Part shown: one piece after another, positions 25,763 through 37,800 of the stretch
How the letters are laid out: each line of letters begins with the position of its first letter
Position numbering within the stretch: position 1 is the first letter of the stretch
From: a virus
Virus record (IMG/VR): IMGVR_UViG_3300032053_000017
Span: 41,973 to 105,972 of that record
Direction: 5' to 3' (one strand)
DNA length: 64,000 nucleotides
Notes under the pieces: model-generated
What the model saw: only the letters and a program-made list of their open reading frames with translations
Told to the model about the DNA's origin: nothing
The model's database searches: none
Translations under genes and position numbers: made by a program

Positions 25763-27720
25763 ATGGACGCCCCCATCTATAATAGAAGGGCTGAATCTGA
25801 TCGATGTAAGCACCGGCCAGCAAGAAGAGAGGGGTTGACGATGGTTAAGCACGACTCGTTCCTCTGCCCACCGCACGTGGACGACTGCGACTGCGACGAC
25901 AAGGTGAACACGGTGTGCAACCCGTACTGCGTCCTGGGCTACTGTCCGACAGACGGCGCTGGCGATGAGTGCCAAGCGGACCCGAGCCAGTTGGAGAAGG
26001 TACCCTCGGGTATCGGCTTCACGTGGGCGTTCAAGAAAGGAGCAGAGCGGTGAAAGACAGACGGAGTGTGAAGCGGATCCGCGAGGACGCACGACAGCCC
26101 GATATCAGCGAGCTGCACGAGCTGGTCAGGCGCTACAAGCCAGCGTACGCCGAGGGTGGTATGCAGGACCCGCCAGGACTGCGGGGCATCCCACTGGCAC
26201 GCACACCACTGGGTCCGACCAAGATCAAGGGCGCAGCTCGGAAGGTACAGGCGGCGGTGATGGCAGCAGCAACGCTGCCGTTCGCTGAGCTCATGCGCAT
26301 CAGACGTGATACCGGCAGCTTTGAGCCTGGGGTGGGCACCGTTCATGACATCGCGGGCAAGCTGGACCAGACCATAGACGAGGCCATGGACAGTCTCGTC
26401 GTTGACCCGGTCAGGACCGGGCCGATCGGACCAGAAGGTCAGGTATCGTAGTGGTCATCGACATCGAGCAGTTCCTCGCCATCATCGGTGGCACTGTCCT
26501 TGCTCTAGTCCTGGGTACGGCGTTCGTCCACTGGTTCTTCGAGATGTTCAGCTGCCTCACCGACTGCTACGGCAACTGTGTAGAGTACGGGCCGGGAGCG
26601 CGACTTGTCAGGACCCTGCTGCGGAGGCACGACTGATGGACCCAGCCAAGGAGATCTGCAAGGCGCTCGGCCTCGATGAGCTGAGCGTGACGAACCTCAA
26701 GATCAACGTACGGCCGACAGAGATCCGTGTAGAGGCTGTCGTGGTCGTCCGTGAGAGCGGCAAGCTGGTGGAGGTACTCAGGCGCTTCAAGCTGGTGCCT
26801 GACGAGCTGGCCGTGGAGCCCGCATGTGTGGTCTGCGGTGCACGGTCCTGGTGGCTGCAGCATGACGGCAGGTGCGGCAACTGCTATACCCCGGAAGTAG
26901 ATGACGAGCCAGCGGTGCGTAAGTGACCGCGACCGAGCGGCTCAACAAGCGCTACCGTGAGGGGCGCATAACGGCGTGGCAGCACTACTGCCTGGTGCAG
27001 CGTCGCACGGCACGGCTGCTTGGAACGGAAGTTGGACGAGCACAGATCGCGCGCGAGGCCGCGCAAAGACTGGTGGAGCGGATGTCCAAGGACTGGCAGC
27101 CCATCAAAGACTGCGGCGAACGCGTCCACCACGTGGCTTCGGAGCCTGACGACTAGAGGGTGAGGACGACCCTGGTGTCAAGTGGTACCACGGCTCAGGA
27201 CCATGCAGATCTGGGAGCGGGGGACGCACCGGGTAGTGATAGCCGGCAAGTTCGTCATGGTGGTCAACAAGAGGACCGGACGCTCGTGGCACATCTCACT
27301 CAAGAGGATGCGGTGCGACATGGGCGAGCACGGGTACGACCTGGTCGACCAGGTGAGGTACAGGATGTCGAAGCGGGGACAGCTGCTGTGAGCATACAGG
27401 TCGGAAGGTATATACGACGGCTGCTGCTCAAGGTCCTCCGCGTGGAGGTGGTCTTGCAGCTGGACGCGGCCAAGGCGTTCGATGTGCTGCCGCCCCAGGA
27501 CCCCATGTGGGAGCGGGTCCGACAGCGGCTGGTACGCGGTGAGTTTCCGTCCAAGCGGCACAGGCTGACGGTCTACGCTATGGACACCAGCGGCAACAGC
27601 GTGGTGCTGCGGTGCGTTGACATCGACGAGGAGGTCTTCCTGGCCGACATCAAGGTGGATGCCGACCTGCTTAAGAAACTGCTCCATATCGCGAGTATCG
27701 CGCTTGGGACCGACAAGTAG
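25763..27720 (+). CDS. Run of small hypothetical ORFs (Cys-rich ~25841-26053, 26050-26451, 26451-26636, 26636-26926, 26923-27156, ~27182-27391, 27388-27720)
   Basis: Coupled ORFs. Confidence 0.5.
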
Positions 27721-27743
27721 ATAACAACCGGAGGTAAAGCAAC

Positions 27744-28112
27744 ATGCCAGACAAGCCATTCAGATTTGGACCAGTAGCGCTGACCAACACCCTGACCACC
27801 GACCTCCTGAAGGGACCGGTGCAGGCGGCGGCAGGAACGGGCATCGCCGCTCAGAACATCTATATGCTTATGCGCCATATCCGGGTCGTGAACAAGACGG
27901 CGGGTGCCGTGACCTTCAGCCTGTGGCTGGGTGCTACCGGTGGCAACGCGGCCGGTACCGAGGTCATCGGACAGGCCAAGTCGGTGGCGGCCAACTCAGA
28001 GTTCGACTGGTACGGGCAGATGCGCATGGATCCCGCTGACTACCTGGTCGGCGGTGCAAGTGCGAACACCTCTCTGACCATCCAGGGTGAGGGTGTGCTA
28101 GCCGTCGCCTAG
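27744..28112 (+). CDS. Small virion structural protein (beta-sandwich)
   Basis: IRVVNKTAGAVTFSLW..SVAANS..DYLVGGAS; precedes the collagen fibre gene. Confidence 0.6.
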   Translation: MPDKPFRFGPVALTNTLTTDLLKGPVQAAAGTGIAAQNIYMLMRHIRVVNKTAGAVTFSLWLGATGGNAAGTEVIGQAKSVAANSEFDWYGQMRMDPADYLVGGASANTSLTIQGEGVLAVA

Positions 28113-28123
28113 GGGAGCTGAGC

Positions 28124-29713
28124 ATGCCGATCCTTGAGGTTGACCCAGCAACAGCCGCGCACTACGCCTATGTGCACCGGCCGGACTTCATCAACGAGCC
28201 GACGCTGCCTCCGTTTATCTATGTGAACCGGGGCACAAGCCGGCAGCTGCTGATCAACCTCGCAACGGTCCTGGACGAGGCGGCGGGACTTGTCGAGCAC
28301 GATGCACTTGAGGGTCCGTTCGGCGGTGCTGGCAGCGCTCTAGCCAGTATCCCGGGGATCGATGGCGTTGACGGGGAAGACGGTTTGGACGGCTTCCCCG
28401 GTGCTGAGGGTGCAGCAGGTGCTCCAGGCGCTGATGGTTCAGACGGGGCGGCTGGTTTCCCGGGCGTTGATGGGGTAGATGGTACGGACGGTCTGGATGG
28501 CTTCCCTGGCGCTGCAGGCTCAGATGGAGCCCCTGGCGCTCCAGGAGCCGGTGGGGCAGATGGTACAGACGGAGCCCCAGGACTTGACGGCTTGGACGGG
28601 GCCGACGGCTCGGATGGTGTGCCTGGTCTACCTGGTCTAGACGGAACTGACGGTGTAGGCGTCCCAGGACTTGATGGTCTGGATGGGGCTGACGGCTTCG
28701 ATGGTATACCCGGTCTTCCAGGTGCGGCCGGTGCGGCCGGGGCAGCAGGAGCTGACGGAGCTGACGGGGCAGTCTTTGGACTGAACCTCTGGTTTGACAA
28801 CGTCGACTGCGACGTTGTCCTGCCGACCATCACAGCCGACAACACCATCGCCTTTGTAACAGCCTCAACCCCTGACACGATGACTATCGGGGGCGGGGCA
28901 GACCTTGTGACCTTGGGGTTTGTCGCCGGGATGAAGATCAGGGTATCGGGCGGGTTGAATGACGGCAGGATCTACGTGATCCTCTCGGTCGCTGCCGGCG
29001 CGCTTACCTTCATCAGATCGACTGCGGTGGTCAATGAGGCTGCTGGGGCTGCAATATCGATCCAGGTCCAGAGGGAAAAGCTCACCCGCGTTCCAGTCTC
29101 AGGAGTACAGATAACAGAGAGCGTCTTGGTCAACAGCGACGTTCCAGAAAACACAGTTGGCGCGGCGATAGACTCCTATGTGACCCCTCCCCTGGTCCCT
29201 GGAACGGTTACTGTCCCTGCTGGACTCTGGACCTTCCGCTTCTGGGCTTACGCGGACAGTCAAGCTAGTAACTCATACATCCATTTCGTCGTCTCCAAGA
29301 TCTCGGCCCTCGGGATCGAGACGGTGCTGTTTACCACCATCGCGGGTAAGACACAGATCACGTCCCTTGTGGGGAGTACGAACGCGCAGAAGAGGTTCGT
29401 CCATCCCTACGCCATGGTTACGGACAGCACGATCTTGACTACAGACAGACTGGTGGTCAGGGTGGTGGGAACTGTTGCGACCAACGCAAGAACTATATCA
29501 TTTATCTATCAGGGGACCGCGATGGCCTCTTACATCGAGACGCCGCTTGCGGTCTCCGCTCCAGCAGGACCGGCGGGCGCGGCCGGAACTCCAGGGGTCG
29601 ATGGTATGGACGGCATCGATGGCCTGGACGGTGTACCTGGTGTACCTGGTGCAGACGGAGCACCTGGACCAGGAGATGAGGTGCTGGTGCTGGCGTACGC
29701 GGTAGCACTCTAG
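28124..29713 (+). CDS. Collagen-like fibre protein
   Basis: Long Gly-X-Y runs (GLDGADG, GAPG) in two blocks. Confidence 0.85.
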   Translation: MPILEVDPATAAHYAYVHRPDFINEPTLPPFIYVNRGTSRQLLINLATVLDEAAGLVEHDALEGPFGGAGSALASIPGIDGVDGEDGLDGFPGAEGAAGAPGADGSDGAAGFPGVDGVDGTDGLDGFPGAAGSDGAPGAPGAGGADGTDGAPGLDGLDGADGSDGVPGLPGLDGTDGVGVPGLDGLDGADGFDGIPGLPGAAGAAGAAGADGADGAVFGLNLWFDNVDCDVVLPTITADNTIAFVTASTPDTMTIGGGADLVTLGFVAGMKIRVSGGLNDGRIYVILSVAAGALTFIRSTAVVNEAAGAAISIQVQREKLTRVPVSGVQITESVLVNSDVPENTVGAAIDSYVTPPLVPGTVTVPAGLWTFRFWAYADSQASNSYIHFVVSKISALGIETVLFTTIAGKTQITSLVGSTNAQKRFVHPYAMVTDSTILTTDRLVVRVVGTVATNARTISFIYQGTAMASYIETPLAVSAPAGPAGAAGTPGVDGMDGIDGLDGVPGVPGADGAPGPGDEVLVLAYAVAL

Positions 29714-29722
29714 GAGACCACT

Positions 29723-30046
29723 GTGGCATCTACTCCGATCCCGATCAACCTTGAGGTTACGAACGCGGCGACCACACTCTACACGGCGTATGTAGGCGGT
29801 ACGACCACGTCTGCCCAACTGGTGTCGCTTGACCTGCAGAATAAGACCGACTCGGAGATCACGGTTGACGTGTGGATACTGGTCGGCGCCACCCTTACCC
29901 TGCTCGCTGATGATATGCCCATCCGTCCCAGGGGCCACGCGGCCTGGCGGGGACTGGTCGCGCTGGCAGACGGCGATATCTTGAAGGCACAGTCATCGGT
30001 TGCCAACTCTGTTGACGCCCTCGGTACAGTGGTGGAGACTGTATAA
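29723..30046 (+). CDS. Small virion structural protein (paralog of 27744)
   Basis: LQNKTDSEITVDVW..LADGDILKAQSS. Confidence 0.6.
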   Translation: MASTPIPINLEVTNAATTLYTAYVGGTTTSAQLVSLDLQNKTDSEITVDVWILVGATLTLLADDMPIRPRGHAAWRGLVALADGDILKAQSSVANSVDALGTVVETV

Positions 30047-30648
30047 TGGTGATGGAAAAGGGCGGTTGGTCCCTCGGGCAGGTTGGGATACCACTGGTGA
30101 CGTATCCGTTGTGGGTAGCGGGGCGCTACTATAGCTCTCCTGCAACATACACTCTGTCAACCTCCAATACTGCGGAGCGCCTTTTCACTTTTCCCATCTA
30201 TGTGCCTGGGGTAAATGGGTGCGCCATCGACGAGTTGGGGCTTGAGATAACGGCGGGTGGAACTGCTGGCGGCTTGGCCCGCGTTGGTCTCTACGCTGAC
30301 AAGGAGGGTATCCCTTGGGACCTACTTTTGGACGCCGGCACTATCCCTATAGATGGGGTAGGCTGGCAGCACGCAAATGTTAACGTACGGTTGCGTGGAT
30401 GGGTCTGGGTAGCCATAGCCATAGGCAAGTACGCATCGAAGCCAACATACAGGGCAAGCTCGGCTCAGGTTACGCTCCTGGGCTACAACGGCACTATTGA
30501 CATACGAAACATCATAGGCTATACGTGCACGTGCGAGAACGGCAACATACAGGTTGGTCTGTACGCGCGTTTTCCGACGAATCACGAGCACACGGTCTTG
30601 CCGGGCCTCTACGGGGTATTTCCTAGACTGATGGTGAGGGCCGCATAA
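30046..30648 (+). CDS. Fibre/receptor-binding-type domain protein (1 copy of repeat domain)
   Basis: GRYY..ARVGLYAD..P..LLLDAGT..GWVW. Confidence 0.6.
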   Translation: MVMEKGGWSLGQVGIPLVTYPLWVAGRYYSSPATYTLSTSNTAERLFTFPIYVPGVNGCAIDELGLEITAGGTAGGLARVGLYADKEGIPWDLLLDAGTIPIDGVGWQHANVNVRLRGWVWVAIAIGKYASKPTYRASSAQVTLLGYNGTIDIRNIIGYTCTCENGNIQVGLYARFPTNHEHTVLPGLYGVFPRLMVRAA

Positions 30649-31805
30649 TGTGGAGGAGAACAAAGAAGCTGGCCTTGCGGCAGGTCCCGAGCAGTGAGAC
30701 GGGGGCTGTCAGAACGCCTCTTCGGGGCGGTCTTTGGACCGCACCGGCGACAGAGCAGACTGCGGGGACGTTGGTCCTTGCCGTTGACACGCTCTACGCG
30801 ATGCCGTTGTACGTTCCAGTCACAGCCTTCTGTCAGGCCATCGGCATATCGGTCACGATAGGCGCGGCCGGATCTCATATCCGCATGGGTATATATGCTG
30901 ACAGCGGCGGTCTACCTGGGGACTTGATAGTAGACGCCGGCGTAGTTTCCGGCGCGGCTATTTCTGAGGTTGCACTGGCGTTGACAAACTGGCTCCGCCC
31001 CGGCTGGTACTGGTTGGCTGTCTTGACTGATGGCACGCCATCAGTTAGGGGGGTATCGCCTGGATTGTCTCTGCTGGGGCACGCTACGAATATCGACTCG
31101 ACCGTTGGTAGCCCCGGAGTGTCTGTCGCGCAGGCATATGGCGCGTTGCCTACGCCCTTCACACCGGGCGCTGCTTATCTAGGGGCCAACGCCGGTCCGC
31201 GCTCCATGCTTTTGGCACTGTCAGGCATGGAAGATGTCAGTGATGGCTGGCGGGCAACCCAGGATGTTGAGGAGGGCGAGCTTCTTATACCGCCCCACAT
31301 CAGTGGCCGGTACTACGGGTCCTCGTTCATGGTCGGCGCATTCAGTACGCGCGTCATAACACTGGTCGCTGACCAGATATACGCGATGCCATTCTTGACC
31401 GATGAGACACGGGCCTTTGACCGTATCTCGATCCAGGTAACGACCGCTGGCGCTGCTGGTACACTGGCGCGGCTTGGGATCTACAACGACAGCGGGGGGC
31501 TGCCTGACGAGCTTGTCCTTGACGCGGGAACCGTATCCGTTGCCTCAACCGGCGGTAAGGAGATCAACATCAACCAGACCTTGACGCCCGGCTGGTACTG
31601 GCTGGTCTGCCTCTCCGACGGGACGCCTATCCTGCGAAGCTACGAGGTGGGGACCCAGTTGGGCTGGCTCGGCTTCAACACCGGCATTGATGTGACCTAT
31701 CATGGCGGTATGATAGTGAAGGAGATTTTCGGCGCACTGCCAGACCCGTTCACACCCGGCGCTATCCTGGGCGCGGTACACCGCGGTATGCTGAGGGCCA
31801 CCTAG
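30648..31805 (+). CDS. Fibre-type protein with 2 copies of the same domain
   Basis: YAMP..R(M/L)GIYxDSGGLP..DAG..PGWYWL twice. Confidence 0.65.
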   Translation: MWRRTKKLALRQVPSSETGAVRTPLRGGLWTAPATEQTAGTLVLAVDTLYAMPLYVPVTAFCQAIGISVTIGAAGSHIRMGIYADSGGLPGDLIVDAGVVSGAAISEVALALTNWLRPGWYWLAVLTDGTPSVRGVSPGLSLLGHATNIDSTVGSPGVSVAQAYGALPTPFTPGAAYLGANAGPRSMLLALSGMEDVSDGWRATQDVEEGELLIPPHISGRYYGSSFMVGAFSTRVITLVADQIYAMPFLTDETRAFDRISIQVTTAGAAGTLARLGIYNDSGGLPDELVLDAGTVSVASTGGKEININQTLTPGWYWLVCLSDGTPILRSYEVGTQLGWLGFNTGIDVTYHGGMIVKEIFGALPDPFTPGAILGAVHRGMLRAT

Positions 31806-34800
31806 ATGAGCAGAAGTTTCTACCGTATCGCGACCGTTGACGGTGAGGGTTCTGTCAGCCTCTTCAAGGACAGGTCTGGCAACCTCCAGATCCACACGCG
31901 CGGTGCGGTCTACGACCTCAAGGACGTCCTCCGTGGCAGCGTCTCCATAAACATGCTCGGCGCGCTGAACACGCTGGCTCGGGCTGGGCTGCTGCCAAGA
32001 CTCGCGACAGAGACGGTGGGTAAGGCTGTAGCACACATCTTGCAGGGCTCAAAGTTGACCAAGGCCGCGCGGCACTTCCTAGTTACACCTGATACCGTGC
32101 CGCACTACGAGCCCAACGCGGGGCCGCCCGCCAACAGACTGCCGATGCACTATGCTGAGAACTCCGACGGACGACTGGCATACCTCGTCGAGCGTCCAGA
32201 TGGTACGTTCGACGTCGAGACCCGTGATGAGCGCAAGCCGCTTCGAGATATTGTAGGCCTGCCTGAGATCCACGTCCACATCGACCTTGGTGCCGTCGTA
32301 GACGATATGGTCAAGATACGCGAGCAGGCCCGGGAGCAGGCACGACGGCTGCGCAAGGAGCAGAACTATTCCAGCCTCGCGACCGCCCCTGTACCCGCGG
32401 CTGACCAGGGGCGCAAGGTGCTCCAGGAGCCGGGGCAGCCATTGGTACGACGCCAGCGCAGGCCGCCCGGTGTACCGCTGGGTGGGGATGCACAGGCCGA
32501 GCAGCCGCTCTACATCCTCAGGACCGGTAACAACCCGCTGGGCAAGGCGGACGAGGAGCACATCTATCTGAAGCCGGGCGAGGAGCCACCTGACAACGAG
32601 TGGGTCCACGAGGGCGAGCGGGGCGGCCACTACTACATCCCCGGCCAGCGTGACCCGTCGGATAAGCCGAGCACTCCGAGCAAGCCTAGCCCGTTCAAGC
32701 GGCCGGAAGACGCCCAGAACCGGGAGTTCTTGGCGCTGATCAACCGGATCGTTGAGGGCGATATAAGCACGGGTCAGCTCAGGTACGCCACACAGAACAT
32801 GAGTGAGGGCGCGCTTGAAGACGCTATCTACACGCTTGGCGAGTACCAGGAGCAGCTGACAGCCACCGGCAGTGCGGGTCGGTACAGCGCTGCGCGCGAC
32901 ATCCTCGGGCAGGAGCTTAGTGAGCGGCGCAGGCACAAGCACGAGCAGCTCGTGCTGAGCGTCGGACTTGGTGATATGCCGCTGGGCAAGTTTGCTGACA
33001 TCATCAGCAGTTTTACCGATTTGGAGCTTGACAGCCTCAAGGGCTACGTGCTCCCGATGCAGCTGCAGATTATGGAGACGCGCAAGGCCAAGAAGCTGCT
33101 TAAGGACGCGCTCAGGAGTGTCAACTGGACGATCGGCTCGCGTGAACGGACCTACCTCCACGGCACGACCGAGGCGAACCTTAAGGCGATCTTAAAGGTT
33201 GGCCTGCTAACCAATAAGACAGCGTCCAACTTCGGCATCTCCAAGAAGGGGGTCGTCTATCTGAGCCCCTCGACCCCGGTGGGCAGGGAGCTGTCGCTTA
33301 CGGTCGGGGCTGCTGCTGCCATCATGCACAACCAGCGCAGGTTCGCGCTACTGAACGTCAAGACAGCTGCCTCGGACATCCAGACGGACCCTGACGCGGG
33401 CTTCGCGGGCGCTGTGCTCACCAGGAAGAATGTGCCGGCGCAGGCGGTAACGAGCTACGAGATCTACGATGTCAAGGACTTTGGGGAGCTCTACACGGAT
33501 GCGATGGCTCAGCGCGATAAGGCGCTTGCTGAGGGTAAGAAGGTCGGTGGCCTCGACTGGGTCAGAAACTTCGTCGACTCGTTCGAGGGGTACGTGCTGG
33601 ACCACGGTATGCCGAATCCGGTCCGTGAGGTCGATCTGAGCCGCAGGCACAAGGCAGCTGCGGGCGGCATGTTTGTCGCGCCGGCTACAGTCGACACTAT
33701 CAGGAGCCTGCACCAGGCGCTCGACAACATCGAGAAGCAGGGTTTCACCCACGAGCACGACGGCTACCCCAGGCACCCGATAGGCGTGAAGCACCACGAC
33801 GAGTACTTCCGCGACCGCGGTGAGACAGCCGATACAGCCAAGCCCTATGCGCAGCCTGAGGGGCCCTCGACAGGGGTGGCAGAGCCCCAGCAGGTCAGTG
33901 AGCACGCTGAGGTCGAGCTGACGCGCTGGTGGGAGGACCTGAACAGGAAGCGCCATCAGCACGGCGCTGAGCCGACAGACAATATGGTCATCTCGGCGAA
34001 CGACAAGGGTGAGGCCGGCGAGCTGGCACGACTGCTGTGGGACGAGGTCCACCCGCTCCCGGCGACGGAGGAGTTCGCGCCCGGCGAGGGCAGGGTCGGC
34101 CACTTCAAGGTCAGGACACGGCAGGTGGACACCCTGCGGAACGTCACGATCTTCGAGGAGGTCAAGGACCCGGGCAAGGGGCTGACACCGAAGCTGCGCG
34201 CGCGACTCGATGAGCGGGAGCGGCGACGACGTGTCGAGCAGGACAAGGTAGCACAGACACACGGACTGCAGCCCATGTTCACCCCGGACGGAAGGCACAG
34301 GCTTACTGATGGTAGGTCTATACCTCCGGAGGATTCTCGGGCACCAGAGGGAATTGGGGGGACGTCTGGCGTATCTGAGAAGAGCACCCAAAAACGGGAT
34401 ATCACCGGGGCGTCGCCCGAGGTGTTGAAGCACCCAGGCCACGATGACCAGAGCGTCCACGATCCACGGAGCAAGGCCTCGGAGGCTGGCAAGCGGGTAG
34501 CGATCCCCAAGGCTCTACGGGACGCCGTCTTGGGCGACGCGCCCATCTGTGCGTTCTGCGGCACGTCCAAGGGGCCATTCCACGCCGACCACATCGTGCC
34601 CGTCAAGGTGGGTGGCAAGAACTTGAAGATCAACCTGCAGCCGGCGTGCAGGGCGTGTAACCTAGCACGGCGTGCGAAGGACCCGTCGCAGAAGCTCGAC
34701 TGGATCAAGTACAGTCAGCGGCAGATGCGGGAGATCATGCAGCAGGTGCTCGCCAGGCCGCGTGTCAACCACATGCTGAAGATGTGGGGGGATACGCTCT

Positions 34801-37800
34801 ACCTGTCGGTGCCCAGCCCCGAGCTGGAGGCTATGCTGCGGAAGCACCCCGGACACGATGATCAGAGCGTCCACGGCAAGAAGGGCAGCGGCACGCCAAA
34901 GATGCCAGGCCCAGAGTGGAGCCCAGGTAGGGGCATGGCCTACCACGTCCTGCCAACACACGAGCTTGCGAGCATCAGACAGCGGGGCGTCAGGCCCGGC
35001 TCCCACAGCGAGGGGTACAAGCTGCCACGCGTGTTCGTGTTCACCAACCCGGACGAGGCCGAGTGGTACGCGGACATGCAGGCCGACGACGCTGAGAGCG
35101 AGGGCATCACAGCTCCCAATGGCGAGCGCATCAGGATGCAGGTTCTGCCGGTCGATATCACCGGCCTGCCGACGATGCACGACGATACGCTGCGGCCCAA
35201 CGATGAAGAGGAGACCACAGCACTGCAGGTGGCTTATGGCATCCCCTCGAGTCGCATCAGAAAGCACAACACGCCGCGCAGCCCGCACCGGCTCCACGAC
35301 CCCCGGGTCAGGGCCAAGGAGGAGACGCGCTTCAAGGAGCAGGCGCGACGTGAGCAGGAGGCCGCCGGCCAGGTCGAGAGGGTCGACGACGAGATGCACG
35401 CGAGCTTCAGGGCACTGGGCCTCAAGCGCACTACCAGGGTGCCGGTCGAGCGTGGCCCGTTGGACCGTAAGGCGTGGCGCGCGATCAGACACAACATCGA
35501 CGCCCACATCTCAGAGCACGCAGCGTACATGACACAGGACACACAGAAGATGACCAGGCGCGAGCTCAGCAGGCAGCTCGGCTTGTTCATCAGAACGGGC
35601 ATGGCCAAGGATGCTAGACTGCTGGATGCCTATATGGACCACGCGACCGACGCGCTCGCCTACCAGGAGCTGCACGCGTGGCGGCGCCAGCTCGGGGACC
35701 ATGGCATCAGGCACATCACCGAGGACCAGCGCCTGACGGACGAGATGCTGCGGGAGCTGGGCGGCACGGTCGGGCACGTGAGCAGCAGGGAACGCCTGCT
35801 GGCAGCCATCGCGCTGACGTATCACGACATCGGCTACACGGCCAAGCCCGCGCGTGAGACCTTCGCCGGCACAAAGCTGCACCAGGTCTACAGCGCTCAG
35901 TTTGTCAGACAGCAGCCCATCTTGCAGAAACTACTGGGCGATGATATGAATAGGGTCTGCGACTGGATCGAGACGCACCAGGACAGCGACATCGACTGGG
36001 CTGAGGATCCTGTAGGTTCGTCTATCAGACTGTCGGACAATTTGGCCTTGTTCGCCCGTGAGAAGCTGCCGGCGTTGTTCAGATATGTGCCGGGCGCGGT
36101 CGAGGAGCTGAAGGCGATGGCCATCGACCTGCAGAGTGGCAAGGCTGACCACGTCAAGCGTCGGAAGGCTAAGCTACGGAGCATGGTCGAGGGGGCACGT
36201 CTTGCGCCAGGCATGAAGCGCAACCTTATGAACGCGGTGGACGACATCTTCCAGCTTACACCGAAGTTCACGCTTGGGATGCTGGCTGGCCACACGCTGC
36301 AGCCCAAGTTCGATGGCCAGACGATGCACATCCCGATCCAGTACAGCGCGTTCGCTAAGACGCTCCAGGACCTGTTCCAGATGGGGCAGGAGCAGTTCAT
36401 CAAGCTGGGCGACTCGTACGGACTGAAGCCGGCGGATGTGGACAAGGGGGAGTTCACCTTCACAAACAAGCACGGCATCCCGGTGCTTCACTGCAAGGTG
36501 GTGGGTGCACCGAGCGGTGTGTTCAAGCACCTGCCGGACCAGCACGACCAGGCCGACCATGGAAGCGACGGGGAGGGCGAGAAGCCTAAGACGCCCTACC
36601 ACCGCTGGCTGCACAGGGACGAGCTTGACCAGGCCACCTTCGAGAAGCCGGGGTTCCCCGACATCAGGCGTGGCTACAAGTGTGACAGCGACGGCAGGGT
36701 CCAGGGCGCGCACACATTCTACCACGGCACAAGCGCCGAGAGCGCAGCGAAGATCCTGCACGAGGGGCTGCGGGACGAGAGCTGGCTCGCTGAAGAGCCG
36801 TCGGTCTCGACCCACTTCGCGCGGGTCCAAGCTAAGCACCACGGTGGGAAGAGGGACCGGGGTGTCCTGTTCGCGGTGCATGTCTCCTCGGGGGCAGCCC
36901 TGGACATGGACGCGGCCAACGAGGCCGGGATCGGCTTCAAGACGTTGGGCAATATCTCGCCGGACAACATCGAGGTGCTGGGCGCGGTCATATCGGTTGA
37001 GGGCGGCCGAGTGTATGTCGAGCTCAACGAGGAGCTCAACAACCAGCTCAGCAAGCACCTCCCCGGTGAGCACAGGCAGGAGGACCACGGCACGCCTGCA
37101 CCGCCTGACCCGCCGAAGCCGCTCGAGCTGCTGACGAACGATGAGTATCACAGGTGGATCAGGCCCTGGCTCCAGCAGGCGGAGGATGACGCCATGAAGG
37201 CGGCTGGAGCTACACAGGAAGGTTCGGACAAGTGGTATGAGATCCGCGACAAGTTCCGGCCTCTGGAGCGCGAGAACTATGAGAAGTGGCGCAAGGCCGT
37301 GGAGGGGCGCAAGCTTACACCGACACCTGGGGTGCCGCTGAAGCCGACGCCCAAGTACCGTGAGGCGATCCGCGCGTGGGCGACCGCTGAAGAGAAGAAG
37401 CACGGTGGTGTCATTGGGTCACCAGACGGTGTCGTCATCCTGAGCTCGCCCTACCGTGCGACCGACGAGACCGACGCGATGGCCGAGTACATGGAGAAAC
37501 GGTCGAGCAGGGAGTCGATGGTCCGAGCGCTATCATCGCAGACAAGCTGGAACATGGGCGGGGGCTGGGCCGAGTGGGCAGCGGCTGCCAAGATCGTAGG
37601 CCGGGAACTGCCGAAACAGTCTGGGGGGTTCTATCACAGGGATGAGCCGGAGCTTTCGGACGACGACCTCAAAGCGTATGAGGCGCGCGCGGAGTTTATC
37701 CAAGCCCGCATCCGCGAACGGTACGGCGACGAGATCATGGTCTTCCGTGGCCTCAAGGGCGCGTTCGCGCGCAAAGTCAAGGAGGCCGCTGTGAAGGTCG